Of a stretch of DNA of 63,346 bases, positions 19,563 to 30,065 are shown piece after piece. Location of the stretch: positions 1 to 63,346 of the forward strand of contig DATAOU010000222.1 in assembly GCA_036265575.1 (NCBI GenBank), in the 5' to 3' direction. The translations under genes and the position numbers were made by a program. The DNA is from Pyrinomonadaceae bacterium (GTDB lineage: Bacteria > Acidobacteriota > Blastocatellia > Pyrinomonadales > Pyrinomonadaceae). Under the pieces are notes generated by a model. The model had not been told where the DNA came from, made no database searches, and saw nothing but the letters and a program-made list of their open reading frames with translations. Numbering within the stretch: position 1 is the first letter of the stretch; each line of letters begins with the position of its first letter.

Positions 19563-20531
19563 CTATTGTCCGGCCGCAGCGACAGTCATTGGGATTCCGG
19601 CCAAGGCGTTCTTCGCAGCTTCTGCCTGTTCATGTTTGCCAAGCCGGTTGTAAAGATCGGCCAACCGCCTAAGCGCAAAACTTGAATTCGGATCGACGCG
19701 TCGCGCGTCTTCGTAGTACCTAATGGCATCCTCTTCACGGCCAAATCTTTCCAGCATTCGCGCAGTGTTCAAATTCCCGGTCAATGGCCCAGCGGCGCGC
19801 GCGAAGTGGCGGAAGGCCTCCTGGAACTTGCCCAGCCGGCACAACGCTAAGCCGAGATTGTTAAGGATGCGCTCGTTTGTTGGTTCTAACTTCACGGCGC
19901 GTTTGAGACGATCGACTGCAGCCCGATAATTTCCATTTTGATAAAGTGAGAAACCGAGATTGTTCAGAGTCTCAGCGTCCTCGGGTTCGACTTTCACGGC
20001 GCGCTCGTAAGAATCGCGGGCCCGCTCAGCCAAACCTTTCTTATCGTAGGCAACGCCAAGCAGGTTGTGCGCCTCAGTCAGCTTTGGATCGAGTGAAGCT
20101 GCAGTGGACAGTTCAGTGATGGCTGCGTTGAGCTGCCCTTCAAGAAGGTAGGTTCGGCCGGTTTCAAGGTGTTCTTTCGCTGAAGCCGTTGCGCTTATTT
20201 TCGCCGGCGAGGGATTGTTGACGTCCTCAACTCTCTCCATGCCCACGCTTGCAAACTTGTCAGCGTCCTTCTCTGACATGCGGCGCAATTTATGATCGTC
20301 ACCGTGTCCGAAAAGTCTTCCAAATGCCCTGAATGGGGCAGTCAGCACCTTGACGACCTTATTGCCGCCTTTCTTTTGTTCCTTAACGGTTCCGGCGTCT
20401 GAACCCGAGTCTTCAATAACATTCACGTCCGGATCACCGTCGCGTTCGGTTGTCGTAGCACTCCACATCGCACTCGCGGTGATGGTCAATACGAACGCAA
20501 TCAGAATGGCTATCAAGGTGCGCTTATTCAT
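19563..20531 (-). CDS. TPR-repeat protein (TadD-like position)
   Basis: 322-aa ORF with an N-terminal TM segment. Repeated 'A...LG.AY...G....A...YE.A....P' TPR units. It lies directly downstream of tadC. Confidence 0.7.
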   Translation of the reverse strand: MNKRTLIAILIAFVLTITASAMWSATTTERDGDPDVNVIEDSGSDAGTVKEQKKGGNKVVKVLTAPFRAFGRLFGHGDDHKLRRMSEKDADKFASVGMERVEDVNNPSPAKISATASAKEHLETGRTYLLEGQLNAAITELSTAASLDPKLTEAHNLLGVAYDKKGLAERARDSYERAVKVEPEDAETLNNLGFSLYQNGNYRAAVDRLKRAVKLEPTNERILNNLGLALCRLGKFQEAFRHFARAAGPLTGNLNTARMLERFGREEDAIRYYEDARRVDPNSSFALRRLADLYNRLGKHEQAEAAKNALAGIPMTVAAAGQ

Positions 20532-20544
20532 TGACTTAACTCCT

Positions 20545-21477
20545 TTACATCCGGCTGAAAGTGTCCATTAGTTGAAGGATAGCGGGGCCAAGAATAGCTA
20601 TGAACAGCGTCGGGAATAGAAAGCAAGCGAGCGGGAATAAGAGTTTCACCGCAGCTTTCTGTGCTGCCTGTTCCGCCCGCTGACGCCTCTTAGTGCGCAG
20701 TGAATCTGAAAAAGAGCGAATAGCCTTGGCGATCGACGTGCCAAATCGATCGGTCTGAATCAGCATGGCGACAAGGCTGCGCAGATCGTCAACTCCGGTC
20801 CGCTCGGCCAAATTTCGCAGCGCCTCGTCGCGGTCGCGCCCCACCCTGATTTCGAGGTTTGCCATTTCAAACTCTTCACTAATATCTGGATGTACCTCTT
20901 TGAGCTCGCTGCTTACCTTCAACATAGCGGCGTTCAAACCGAGTCCCGCCTCAATCGAAATGACCATCAGATCAAGCGCGTCCGCTAGTCCCCAGCGCAC
21001 ACGCAATTGTCGTGAGCGAATCAAACGACCAAGTACGTAGCGCGGCAGAAAGAAGCCCGCTACGAAGCCCAGCAGTACAAAGATAAATGCGGTGTTGAGC
21101 GGCTTTGCGAGAATTGCGCAAGTCAACGCAACTGCTGCCGGCAATGCAGCCATCGTTATCAGCTGGATTGTCCGATAGATAATTGGAGCATTTTTGGAAC
21201 GAAAGCCGGCCTGCATTAATTTCTTTTGCAGTTTCTGAACTTCGGCGGCCGAGGCCGGCACTAGTTTGTTCAGCGGCGTAGCGATTCGTTCAGTAAACTT
21301 CTCGCCCGAATGTTGCTCGACGATCGAGACGGGGACTGAGCTGGTGCCCGCGGAAGTCTCGCGCAATTTTTTTAGCCGTTCCGTGGCAGCGCTCTGTGGG
21401 CGATACAAAATCCAGTACACGCCAAGCATTCCGAGCGAGATGCAAATGAAAGTGGAGATGCTGATGATTAGTAGCAT
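20545..21477 (-). CDS. tadC: Type II secretion system F family protein, TadC
   Basis: 310-aa polytopic ORF with the GspF-like region 'LADALDLMVISIEAGLGLNAAM'. It is the second of two paralogous platform genes after cpaF. Confidence 0.8.
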   Translation of the reverse strand: MLLIISISTFICISLGMLGVYWILYRPQSAATERLKKLRETSAGTSSVPVSIVEQHSGEKFTERIATPLNKLVPASAAEVQKLQKKLMQAGFRSKNAPIIYRTIQLITMAALPAAVALTCAILAKPLNTAFIFVLLGFVAGFFLPRYVLGRLIRSRQLRVRWGLADALDLMVISIEAGLGLNAAMLKVSSELKEVHPDISEEFEMANLEIRVGRDRDEALRNLAERTGVDDLRSLVAMLIQTDRFGTSIAKAIRSFSDSLRTKRRQRAEQAAQKAAVKLLFPLACFLFPTLFIAILGPAILQLMDTFSRM

Positions 21478-21486
21478 GGTCGTTAT

Positions 21487-21616
21487 TTGTCAGTGGTCAA
21501 TGGTCCGTTGATGACTTTAGTCTTCATGTTTGGTTGGGGGTTCAGGAAATCAGTAGGTTTGTTTGGCGGGTCAGCTCGGTCGGATTCCTACAACCGGACC
21601 ACTGACCACTGACAGC
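21487..21616. repeat. Heptamer-repeat hairpin (GGTCAGT type) in the tadB-tadC spacer
   Basis: Left arm ttgtcagtggtcaatggtccg (21487-21507). Right arm cggaccactgaccactgacagc (21595-21616), whose reverse complement is gctgtcagtggtcagtggtccg. Confidence 0.8.
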
Positions 21617-21623
21617 TACAGTT

Positions 21624-22589
21624 TCAAATTTTTATCCTCAGGATCTTGCGCACAATCAACATGCCGGTAATTTGCATGAACACTGCGGCGGCGATTAAGT
21701 TGTGCCCGCGCGGGTCTTTCCAAAGAATGCTCATGTAATCCGGGTTCATAAGTGTTACAGCCACCGCGACAAAAATCGGTAGACCACATAAGAGCCAGGC
21801 AGATAGACGAGAACTTGTGGTCAATGTTTTCAAGTCGCCCAGGATGCGGAACCGTTCGCGAATCGTGTAGGCCACCTTCTCCAATACTTCGGCGAGGTTG
21901 CCGCCGGTTTCTCTTTGAATAAGAACCGCTGTGACGCACATGCGCAGGTCGAGCAGCGGTACTCGTTGCACCAGATTTTCAAGCGCAAGCTTTAAAGACA
22001 GGCCAAGATTCTGTTCTTCGTAGGTCTTGCGAAACTCGCCCGCGATTGGTTCGGGCATCTCCTGTGAAACCATCTGGAGGGATTCAGAAAACGCGTGACC
22101 TGCCGCCAGCGCCCTGCTTATCAACTCCAGCGCATCCGGAAGGTGCTCAAGAAATCGGTCAAAGCGCTGCTTGCGCTTCCACCAAACGTGAACGAAGGGC
22201 AACGCCGCGGCGAGCAACGCACCACCAACGATCAAGATGAGCGAGACGCTGATGACCGATACCGCCAGGGCAGCTAGTATGCCGGCCATCGCTGAAAACA
22301 TGACTAAGCGCGAGGGCGTGATGTGAAGGTCGGCCTGATCCAGCATTCGCTTGAGGTGCAATGCCGTTTGAATGCGCAATAGCGCGCGATTCAACGCCGG
22401 AATTTCACTCATCAACTCCGAGCGCGCCAGCACAACCTCAACATCATCCGTATGCGCCGAATGAAGCAACGCGTCTTCAAGCCGTTTCTGTAAACGTTTG
22501 CGCTTTGCGTCTGAACCGTGCGTGGCCAGCAAGTACGTGCCCAGCACGAGAAACAATGCAAACAGAAATACCAGGAAGGCTATGAACAT
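21624..22589 (-). CDS. tadB: Type II secretion system F family protein, TadB
   Basis: 321-aa polytopic ORF. 'LPDALELISRALAAGHAFSESL' is a GspF-domain signature. It lies immediately downstream of cpaF. Confidence 0.8.
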   Translation of the reverse strand: MFIAFLVFLFALFLVLGTYLLATHGSDAKRKRLQKRLEDALLHSAHTDDVEVVLARSELMSEIPALNRALLRIQTALHLKRMLDQADLHITPSRLVMFSAMAGILAALAVSVISVSLILIVGGALLAAALPFVHVWWKRKQRFDRFLEHLPDALELISRALAAGHAFSESLQMVSQEMPEPIAGEFRKTYEEQNLGLSLKLALENLVQRVPLLDLRMCVTAVLIQRETGGNLAEVLEKVAYTIRERFRILGDLKTLTTSSRLSAWLLCGLPIFVAVAVTLMNPDYMSILWKDPRGHNLIAAAVFMQITGMLIVRKILRIKI

Positions 22590-22594
22590 GGCGA

Positions 22595-23926
22595 TTACAT
22601 TTCCTCGAAGAATATGCGCGGCAACTGCATGCCGCAGGCCTTTAGTTTGTCGGCAAAGCGGGGGCGTATTCCCGTAGGACGGAAACGGCCGATTACTTCA
22701 CCCTGGGCAGTCACGCCGGTGCGCTCGTACTGGAAAATTTCCTGCATCGTAATAGTGTCGCCTTCCATTCCCGTGATTTCAGAGATGGAAGTTACCCGCC
22801 GAGAACCGTCGGACAAGCGGGCCACTTGCAACACCAAATCAACTGCGGCGGCGATTTGCTGTCTCATAGCACGTTCAGAAAGCCGCATCCCCGTCATTTG
22901 AATCATCGTCTCAAGGCGCGACAGTGCGTCTCGCGGTGTGTTCGCATGCACGGTCGTCAGACTGCCGTCGTGGCCAGTGTTCATTGCCTGCAACATGTCA
23001 ATTGCTTCGCCGCCACGAACCTCGCCAATGACAATGCGATCGGGACGCATGCGCAATGCGTTTCTTACTAAATCGCGCTGGGTTACTTCTCCCCTGCCTT
23101 CAATATTGGGTGGACGAGTTTCCAGTCGCACCACATGAGGCTGTTGCAGCTGCAACTCGGCCGAATCTTCGATCGTTACAATGCGTTCGTCGTCCGGAAT
23201 GGAGGCCGACAAGGCATTCAAGAGTGTGGTTTTGCCGGCGCCGGTGCCGCCCGAAATCATCGTGTTCAGACGCGCCGAAACACACATGTGCAGCATGTCC
23301 GCAATGTCTTTAGTAATTGCCTTCTTTTCGATTAGCCCATCCATTGTCAGTGGCGTGGTTCCGAAGCGCCGAATGGAAAGGATCGCGCCATCAATCGAAA
23401 GCGGTGGAATAATCGCGTTCACGCGTGAGCCATCTTTTAGGCGGGCGTCGACCATGGGCGATGATTCGTCTATGCGCCGGCCCACGGTCGAAACAATGCG
23501 CTCAATAACGCGCATTAGGTGCTCGTCGTCCTTGAAAGCGACGTCAGTGATTTCCAGCTTGCCGTTTCTTTCAATGTAGATTGTTCGGGGTGAGTTCACG
23601 AGAATGTCGGAAATAGTTGGGTCGGCTAACAACGGCTCGAGCGGGCCAAGGCCGAACAGCTCGTGCTGAACGTCGTTTACCAGACGTTCCTTCTCGTTTG
23701 TGGAAAGCGGCATCGACTCCTGAGCCAGAACACTTTCCGCCAAACGGCAAACTTCAGCGTGAACCTGCTCGGGTGTAAGCGAAGCCAGTTTCGAAAGGTC
23801 CATCCGGTTAATCAGGACCCGGTGAAGCCGAGACTTCATCTCCTGGAAAGTATGAGGTGCGTTTTCCGATCCATTTCCCGATCCGAAAACCGGGGGCTCT
23901 CTTATTAGTCTTTCGCGCAGTGCCAT
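22595..23926 (-). CDS. cpaF: Tad pilus secretion ATPase CpaF/TadA
   Basis: 443-aa ORF. Walker A '[16 protein letters not shown]', '[10 protein letters not shown]' and '[17 protein letters not shown]', typical of the CpaF/VirB11 family. Confidence 0.92.
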   Translation of the reverse strand: MALRERLIREPPVFGSGNGSENAPHTFQEMKSRLHRVLINRMDLSKLASLTPEQVHAEVCRLAESVLAQESMPLSTNEKERLVNDVQHELFGLGPLEPLLADPTISDILVNSPRTIYIERNGKLEITDVAFKDDEHLMRVIERIVSTVGRRIDESSPMVDARLKDGSRVNAIIPPLSIDGAILSIRRFGTTPLTMDGLIEKKAITKDIADMLHMCVSARLNTMISGGTGAGKTTLLNALSASIPDDERIVTIEDSAELQLQQPHVVRLETRPPNIEGRGEVTQRDLVRNALRMRPDRIVIGEVRGGEAIDMLQAMNTGHDGSLTTVHANTPRDALSRLETMIQMTGMRLSERAMRQQIAAAVDLVLQVARLSDGSRRVTSISEITGMEGDTITMQEIFQYERTGVTAQGEVIGRFRPTGIRPRFADKLKACGMQLPRIFFEEM

Positions 23927-23953
23927 ATTAGTTAGCAGCTTTCCTTGGATTCC

Positions 23954-25183
23954 TTAGATCTTTTCTACTGAAGTCTGAAGTGTCAGCGGGCGAGTCGAGG
24001 CATCACGTTTCAGAAACGAATTCCAAAGACTGCGGCGTGGCTTTGCCTGTTCGACTGGCGACTCCACGTTTTGTTGGATCTTTTCCGCGATGCTTCTGAG
24101 CTCATGTGCAATCTTCGAGTTTGGATCTGACTTAACCAACGGCGTCCCCAGGTTGATTGAATTTACGGTCGTCTGATAATCGCTGGGCACGAATCCGATG
24201 ACTGGCTCGCCGAGAAACTTTTCAACCTGGCGCAGATCGAGATCGATCTGTTTGCTAAAGCGGTTCACAACGATCCGGATTTTCTTGCGCGGGTAACCAA
24301 GTCGATCAAAGATTTCCAGCGCGCGCTGCGTGCTGCGAATGGCGGGTATGTCCAGAGTCAGAACGAGAACGATTTCGTCAGACTGGTCAAGCGCGGCAAG
24401 AGTGATAGCGTCAAAAGTGTGCTGGGGATCGAGCACCACATAATCAAAGGACTCGCGTAACCTTTGCAGTACTTGAAATACGTGCTCCGGCTCGATCTCA
24501 TCTGCCGAATCGGCCTGCTTTGGCGCCGCCAGCAATGACAAGGTTGTGGAGTAAGGTGCGACGAAACTCGAGATCAACGAATCATCCAGGCGCTCGCGAT
24601 TCTCGACAGCTTCAGCTATCGAATATCGGGGATCCAAACCGAGAAAGAGTGGCAAGTCGCCGGCTTGCAGATTCAGATCTACCAGAACGGTTGGCACGGC
24701 GCTGGCTGCTGCGAGATTCGTGGCCAGGAAAGATGTGCCACATCCTCCCTTGCTGGAAAACACCGCAACCATTTTTCCTTTTTTCTTGGGCGCTTCTACT
24801 TGCCCCACGGCAAACTCCGTAATGCGGTCGAGAACGGTCTTCAATTCGTCGGCGGCTACGGGAACGTTGAGAAATTCGCGGGCGCCCGCGCGCAGGCTCT
24901 GCAGCAATAAGTCTCCGGATCCCTTCGGTGCGGCTGAGATTATTGCGGTCTTTGGGCACTCCACATTCAGCTTTTGTATGAGTTGAAGCGATGCCTCCGG
25001 GTTAGACCCAAGCGAAATGATCGCTGCGGCCGGCTTCAGGCGCACGATTTCGCCGTGCACCTGTTCGGCGTCATTGCCGCCTGCCAGTAACTGGGCGCGA
25101 CCGTCCGCGGCGAGTGCAGCGCGGATTTCCTTGAAGTTATCAAGGCCTGAACTGAGGACAACGAATGTTAGCGGTTGTGTCAT
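23954..25183 (-). CDS. cpaE: CpaE/TadZ: receiver-like N-domain plus ParA/MinD-type ATPase
   Basis: 409-aa ORF. Deviant Walker A 'VAVFSSKGGCGTSFLATNLA'. It sits upstream of cpaF, as in Tad loci. Confidence 0.8.
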   Translation of the reverse strand: MTQPLTFVVLSSGLDNFKEIRAALAADGRAQLLAGGNDAEQVHGEIVRLKPAAAIISLGSNPEASLQLIQKLNVECPKTAIISAAPKGSGDLLLQSLRAGAREFLNVPVAADELKTVLDRITEFAVGQVEAPKKKGKMVAVFSSKGGCGTSFLATNLAAASAVPTVLVDLNLQAGDLPLFLGLDPRYSIAEAVENRERLDDSLISSFVAPYSTTLSLLAAPKQADSADEIEPEHVFQVLQRLRESFDYVVLDPQHTFDAITLAALDQSDEIVLVLTLDIPAIRSTQRALEIFDRLGYPRKKIRIVVNRFSKQIDLDLRQVEKFLGEPVIGFVPSDYQTTVNSINLGTPLVKSDPNSKIAHELRSIAEKIQQNVESPVEQAKPRRSLWNSFLKRDASTRPLTLQTSVEKI

Positions 25184-25204
25184 TGTTTTCTTGTTCCGTG
25201 AAGT

Positions 25205-25681
25205 TTATGAATTCGGCGGCACCCAGCCCGCGTTCTCTGCTGTCAATGTCGTCGTGTAGTTAGGCATGTCGATAGACTTAACGATTAAGGGAAGCACGAC
25301 GTTGAACTTGTAATTCTGAATGCCTACCGTGACTGTGCCGGCGTCGAGTGCAAAGGCGGAGTAGTTAACCGTCACATTGCTTTCGGTTAGATTCTCGAGC
25401 AAGGGCTGCGTGCCACCTGCCGGATCCCCGTACACCACAACTTTTTTTATCCGGTCGACTGAAGTTCCGGAGTTCGGACAACTCGCAGCGTTGGGATTAC
25501 ATTGAAAGACGGCGTAACGAGCACCACGACGCGCAGCATCGGTCAGTGCGTTATGCACCCACAGCGCCCGACCGAATTCGAGAACTGCGAACATCACCGT
25601 AAGAAAGACCGTAGCGGCAATGGCAAACTCCACCAGTGCGGCCCCGCGTTCTCTTTTCTTATTTGTGATTAATTGAGTCAT
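25205..25681 (-). CDS. TadE-like pseudopilin
   Basis: 158-aa ORF. The N-terminal 'RGAALVEFAIAATVFLTVMFAVLEFG' matches the TadE motif. Confidence 0.75.
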   Translation of the reverse strand: MTQLITNKKRERGAALVEFAIAATVFLTVMFAVLEFGRALWVHNALTDAARRGARYAVFQCNPNAASCPNSGTSVDRIKKVVVYGDPAGGTQPLLENLTESNVTVNYSAFALDAGTVTVGIQNYKFNVVLPLIVKSIDMPNYTTTLTAENAGWVPPNS

Positions 25682-25691
25682 CGAAAAACTC

Positions 25692-26240
25692 TCAGACTAA
25701 CGGTGTCGTTAACAGATAGCGCATGGTGACGCTGGGCCTCACATTAATGTTCAGCGAATAGTTAGTGTTGTTCAGCAGGCCTGCCATATTAAAAATCGAC
25801 TTGTGCTGAAAACCGGTGATCTCAACTTTGACGGTCGCAGGAACTCCCTGGGGAACACCTAAGCAATCGGCGTCATTCGGAGTAACAGTGACCTGGGACG
25901 TCGCCAATCCGTCCAACAATGGACTTCCTGTCCCCGCGGTATTGCCATAGACAACCAAATTTTTCGCGTCCTTCCCTGAGTTGCAATCGACTTTTGCGGT
26001 AGCCAGATAGCGGGCTCCGTTGCGCGCTGCTTTTGCGAGCGTTGTGTACTCGTAAAAGTATCTTCCGAATTCAGCCGTAGCCGCGAAGAGCATTATGAAG
26101 ATCGGCAACACAATCGCGAGTTCCGCCAATTGCACGCCGCGTTCATTGCGAACGAGGGTCAACAGCTGGATGCGCCGCAGTCTTCGTAGTAAACGAATCT
26201 TGCGAATGCGCGAGTAGGTGTTGGAATGTTTCCGTATCAT
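25692..26240 (-). CDS. TadE-like pseudopilin
   Basis: 182-aa ORF containing 'ERGVQLAELAIVLPIFIMLFAATAEFG'. The true start is probably downstream of 26240. Confidence 0.7.
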   Translation of the reverse strand: MIRKHSNTYSRIRKIRLLRRLRRIQLLTLVRNERGVQLAELAIVLPIFIMLFAATAEFGRYFYEYTTLAKAARNGARYLATAKVDCNSGKDAKNLVVYGNTAGTGSPLLDGLATSQVTVTPNDADCLGVPQGVPATVKVEITGFQHKSIFNMAGLLNNTNYSLNINVRPSVTMRYLLTTPLV

Positions 26241-27430
26241 TTGTACAGCACCGGCACTGCCAATAATGGATCACCAACTGGGCCATTTGGGTCATACGTA
26301 CCTTTGCCTACGGCCAGCCGGTCTTCGATGTACTCTGCCTGCAGGTCGCCCCCGCTGCCGTTTGAAGGTTTTGTTCTTAGAAAGAACGCGCCAAAACGTG
26401 TGAACTTAACTTCGCAACGCCCTTGATCAAATTCGCTAACTTTGACAAGCGGAATCAGGACGACGCGTCTCATATCTACGCCGGGATGAGAAGGTGCTTG
26501 CACGTAGCGCGGGTCGCATGGGATTGCCCCGGGCCGGCCGCAACCGAGATATTTGCTATAGCTCGGATCTGCTGGCGTTGCTCCCTTCCAGGGAAGTCCT
26601 TCTTTGATATTCGTGTCGGGCGGCTCAGCTGTAGGATCAAGCTGACTGCCGCCATAATCGTCGAAGCGGGAGTTGAGGCCGGTGCGAACCTTGCCGGCAG
26701 TCAAACCAGGTTTACAGTCTGTGGTGTAGGTGGCGCCTACCTGTGCACATGCATCTACACCGGCTCCGATACCGAAGCCCACGTCAACACCACCTGGACC
26801 AGCGACGGCTAAAATCTGATAGTCGCCTGGCGAAACCATGCTGCCGCTTCCCGCCCGAATTGTGTAAACCTGTCCGGGAACCAACTTTGTCAGGTCGTTG
26901 TCGATCAGTACGGCAAGCGGAATGAAATTACAGAAGGTATTAATGGGCACTGACAAACCTGCAGTCGCCGTGGCAGCCAGGTTCTTGCTTCCACCCAAAA
27001 CCATCGAGGCAAAAGAAACGCCGACTGGACTGTCAGGTGTCGTGACTTTAACGAAACGGATCGTGGGCGCTACTGCCGGGGTCGTCGCCGCGCCTTCGTT
27101 CAGATATGGTCCATCGAGGTTAGCGGCCCAGACCAGGTTGTCCGCAGTGAACGTTACATTGTTCTTATTGAACTCGTAATTGTTCATCGCGGCGACTGCC
27201 CGGTTTCGCCCAAGTATGATCCCACTGGGGTTTGAGTTGAGTCCTGATGCCGCGGCGAGTGCGGCGGCATCAGCTGCGTTTTGCAACTCGGCCTTTGCCA
27301 GGTAGAAATGGCTGATATCGATACCGAGTCCGACCGCCAGTAACACCGCCAGCATAGAGACCGTGGACAAAACCAGAACTGAACCGCGTTCTTGTCTTTT
27401 TGCTGCTACCGATTTGTTTTCGTTTTTCAT
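26237..27430 (-). CDS. TadG-like pilus assembly protein (Tad N-terminal domain)
   Basis: 397-aa ORF. 'ERGSVLVLSTVSMLAVLLAVGLGIDISHFYLAKAELQNAADAAALAAA' is typical of the TadG/Flp pilus-assembly N-terminus. Confidence 0.7.
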   Translation of the reverse strand: MKNENKSVAAKRQERGSVLVLSTVSMLAVLLAVGLGIDISHFYLAKAELQNAADAAALAAASGLNSNPSGIILGRNRAVAAMNNYEFNKNNVTFTADNLVWAANLDGPYLNEGAATTPAVAPTIRFVKVTTPDSPVGVSFASMVLGGSKNLAATATAGLSVPINTFCNFIPLAVLIDNDLTKLVPGQVYTIRAGSGSMVSPGDYQILAVAGPGGVDVGFGIGAGVDACAQVGATYTTDCKPGLTAGKVRTGLNSRFDDYGGSQLDPTAEPPDTNIKEGLPWKGATPADPSYSKYLGCGRPGAIPCDPRYVQAPSHPGVDMRRVVLIPLVKVSEFDQGRCEVKFTRFGAFFLRTKPSNGSGGDLQAEYIEDRLAVGKGTYDPNGPVGDPLLAVPVLYK

Positions 27431-27464
27431 GATCGGTCCACTCCGCAGTCATCCCTCAAACGCG

Positions 27465-29036
27465 TTATTTCGGTTGCGGCTGCAACAGGGTTAGTCGCGG
27501 TTCTGGAAGCGCTCGATTAATAACGCGAGCGGTCGTTGCCGGCGCTGCTTCAGCTGTCGAAGTCGTCGACGATTCAACTGTGGTCGTCGCCTTGGGTTCA
27601 GCAACCTTTGGTGACTCAACGGGCTTGGACGTGGTCGGGACTGCCGCCGGGGCATTTTGCCCAGTGATCGTATGGCCGGTCGGTCCTTCGATGCCTTCGC
27701 CTTTAGGTTCCACACCGAGAGGCGAGCCGGTCTTCAAACCATCGATGCCGCGCAATTGCGGAACGTCATCGCGATTCATGGGCTTCACCACCTGGGCCGT
27801 AACGATGAAGATCAATTCAGTTTCACTCTTCTGAAATGACTTGGACTTGAACAACGATCCCAGGACAGGTATGTCGCCCAACACCGGCACCTTCGAAAGC
27901 GTACGGGATTCGTTGTTGTCCAACAGACCTGCCAGTGCAAACGACTGTCCATCGCGCAACTCGACGCCCGTCTTCGCGCGCCTGGTGCGCAGTGCCGGAA
28001 TCAAAAAGCCGTCAAACTTCACGCCGTTGCCAAAATCGATGGTAGAAACTTCCGGCTCCAATTCGAGGCGAATGTGATCTTCGTCGATGATGGTGGGTTT
28101 GAAGTTCAAACGCACGCCATACTCTTTGAACACGATCGAAACCGAATTCGAACCAGAACCCGACTGCACGATCGGTACGGGAAACTCGCCGCCAGCCAGG
28201 AAGCTGGCCTGCTGGCCATCCATCGCGATCAGATTTGGTTCCGCTAACTCGCGCAGTGCGCCTTGAGTTTGCAATGCTCTAATCATGTTGAGTGTGTTGC
28301 CACCCATTACGAATAAGTTGAGTGCGCTCGAGAGTGTCCCACTCATTACTCCGTTCGCTACGCTCGCGAGCGAGCTTGGTCCGCCTCCGGAGTTCGCATA
28401 AACACCTGAGCTGCCGCCTTGGTATGCGAAGGAAGCGCCCAAATCCCTCACTCTATTTCGGCTCACTTCTGCAACTCGCACCTGAAGCTGGACCTGCGTC
28501 ATGCTCTTGACCGGTGAATTGAGCATGTTCACAGTCTTGAAGCCGGCGGCTTCGACGACGGTTTGCGCCTGAACGGCGGTTTTGGGATCCGCAACACTTC
28601 CGGAAAGCACCACCGAGCCGTTAGCCTGACTCAGGCGAATGTCATCCTTCGGAAAGAGCGCGCGCATTTGCGAATCGATGAGTGACAGGTTGGCCCTCAC
28701 ATAAACATCGAAGATCAGATACTGACTTCCCGATTGCTCCCATGCGATGAAATTCACCTGCCCAAAGGCTTTGCCATTCACCAACACCTGATCGGGCGTC
28801 ACCAGTACCGCTTCTGCTACTTCCGGATTGGAAACTGAGAAGCGACCGACAGGTCTATCAAAATTGATCACGCGTGATTGGCCGACCAGGACATTCACCG
28901 CAACCGCTTCCTTGTTCTGTTTGAACGAAGCCGTATACGAGGTGTCCTGGGCATATGCCACCGAGTGAATCAACACCAGAACCAACGACGCCAGTGTCAA
29001 ACTGATCCGGCGCGTTACCGAGGAAGTGCTTTGCAT
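27465..29036 (-). CDS. cpaC: Secretin CpaC/RcpA
   Basis: 523-aa ORF with a signal peptide and a BON-like N-domain. Secretin C-domain 'PVLGDIPVLGSLFKSKSFQKSETELIFIVTAQVV'. Confidence 0.85.
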   Translation of the reverse strand: MQSTSSVTRRISLTLASLVLVLIHSVAYAQDTSYTASFKQNKEAVAVNVLVGQSRVINFDRPVGRFSVSNPEVAEAVLVTPDQVLVNGKAFGQVNFIAWEQSGSQYLIFDVYVRANLSLIDSQMRALFPKDDIRLSQANGSVVLSGSVADPKTAVQAQTVVEAAGFKTVNMLNSPVKSMTQVQLQVRVAEVSRNRVRDLGASFAYQGGSSGVYANSGGGPSSLASVANGVMSGTLSSALNLFVMGGNTLNMIRALQTQGALRELAEPNLIAMDGQQASFLAGGEFPVPIVQSGSGSNSVSIVFKEYGVRLNFKPTIIDEDHIRLELEPEVSTIDFGNGVKFDGFLIPALRTRRAKTGVELRDGQSFALAGLLDNNESRTLSKVPVLGDIPVLGSLFKSKSFQKSETELIFIVTAQVVKPMNRDDVPQLRGIDGLKTGSPLGVEPKGEGIEGPTGHTITGQNAPAAVPTTSKPVESPKVAEPKATTTVESSTTSTAEAAPATTARVINRALPEPRLTLLQPQPK

Positions 29037-29114
29037 GATCTGTTGCTCCTTTTGCGAACTTACAAACAGGTGAATGGAATTCTTTGTGTCGTGAATTGCG
29101 TTCCGTCTGTCCTT

Positions 29115-30026
29115 TTACGGAAAGTCGACGCTTCGTTTTTTTGCACCTTCGATCATTTCCACAGTCGCCTTTGGCGCCGGTGGAGTCGCAGGTTTAGCTT
29201 CAGCTGGTGCCTGCATAACTCGCCGTGTCACCGGACGCGACTCGGATTTCGGTTGCTCGCTTTTGAGGGAACCAGGCTCAGGCGCCGGCGTGGCGTGGTC
29301 GCCGCCGAGCAAACTTCGTTTATTGATACCCGTTGTTTGCTCGTCTCCCTGATCGATCGAGTTCCGCATCACAAGCTGCAGCCGGCCTTCGGACGAAGCC
29401 AAAGCCAACTTCTCTGCTTGTTCCGGGGTCACTTGCAGTGTGACTGCCTTAACCGTATTTGCATCGCGTTGGTTCTCCGGCTGGTCGATGTTCTGACCGT
29501 TTGCGAGCACCTTAATGTTCTGCAAAACGATCTTCGAAATCGGACCCTGGGCCGCGCTGTTGTCGTCGGGATGAATGACCACGACTACGTCGACGAGTGT
29601 GCCGGGCATGATGAATCCTGAAATTCCAACGACGTCATCTACCTTCACGGTCATCGCCCGGTAACCTTCTGGGATGACGGCTGAAAGCCCGCCGGCGGTG
29701 CCTTCGGCGGCCAGCCTCGCCTCAGTGATCGGCTCGCGTGCCGCGATATTCACTACCGCGACGCGCCCGGCCAGCTTGTCCGGCGAATTGAACGCCCCAT
29801 CAGGCGTCGATTCTTTCGAGAATTGGACCATCATTACCTGCTCGGGAATGATCTTGGTGCCAATCGGTATGGCTACTTTGGCCACGGCAACTGTAGTCAT
29901 GTCTCGCGAAAACGCCTGGGCGTTTGACAAGTAACGACTAACCGAAACAGCCGCCAGCAAACCAAAAATCAAAGCTCCGGTCAGAACGACAAAAAATCTT
30001 TTGTTGCGCATCGATTTACTCTCCAT
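29115..30026 (-). CDS. cpaB: Flp pilus assembly protein CpaB/RcpC
   Basis: 303-aa ORF with an N-terminal TM segment. SAF-like 'VAVAKVAIPIGTKIIPEQV' and 'PGTLVDVVVV'. It lies between cpaA and cpaC. Confidence 0.85.
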   Translation of the reverse strand: MESKSMRNKRFFVVLTGALIFGLLAAVSVSRYLSNAQAFSRDMTTVAVAKVAIPIGTKIIPEQVMMVQFSKESTPDGAFNSPDKLAGRVAVVNIAAREPITEARLAAEGTAGGLSAVIPEGYRAMTVKVDDVVGISGFIMPGTLVDVVVVIHPDDNSAAQGPISKIVLQNIKVLANGQNIDQPENQRDANTVKAVTLQVTPEQAEKLALASSEGRLQLVMRNSIDQGDEQTTGINKRSLLGGDHATPAPEPGSLKSEQPKSESRPVTRRVMQAPAEAKPATPPAPKATVEMIEGAKKRSVDFP

Positions 30027-30065
30027 TTCGCGCCGGATTGATCCGGCTTCGTGATTGCGCTTCGG

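Noticed and set aside
28878-29621. A 247-aa plus-strand ORF.
   Set aside because: It is antisense to cpaC and cpaB, Arg/Cys/His-rich and of low complexity, with no recognisable motif.
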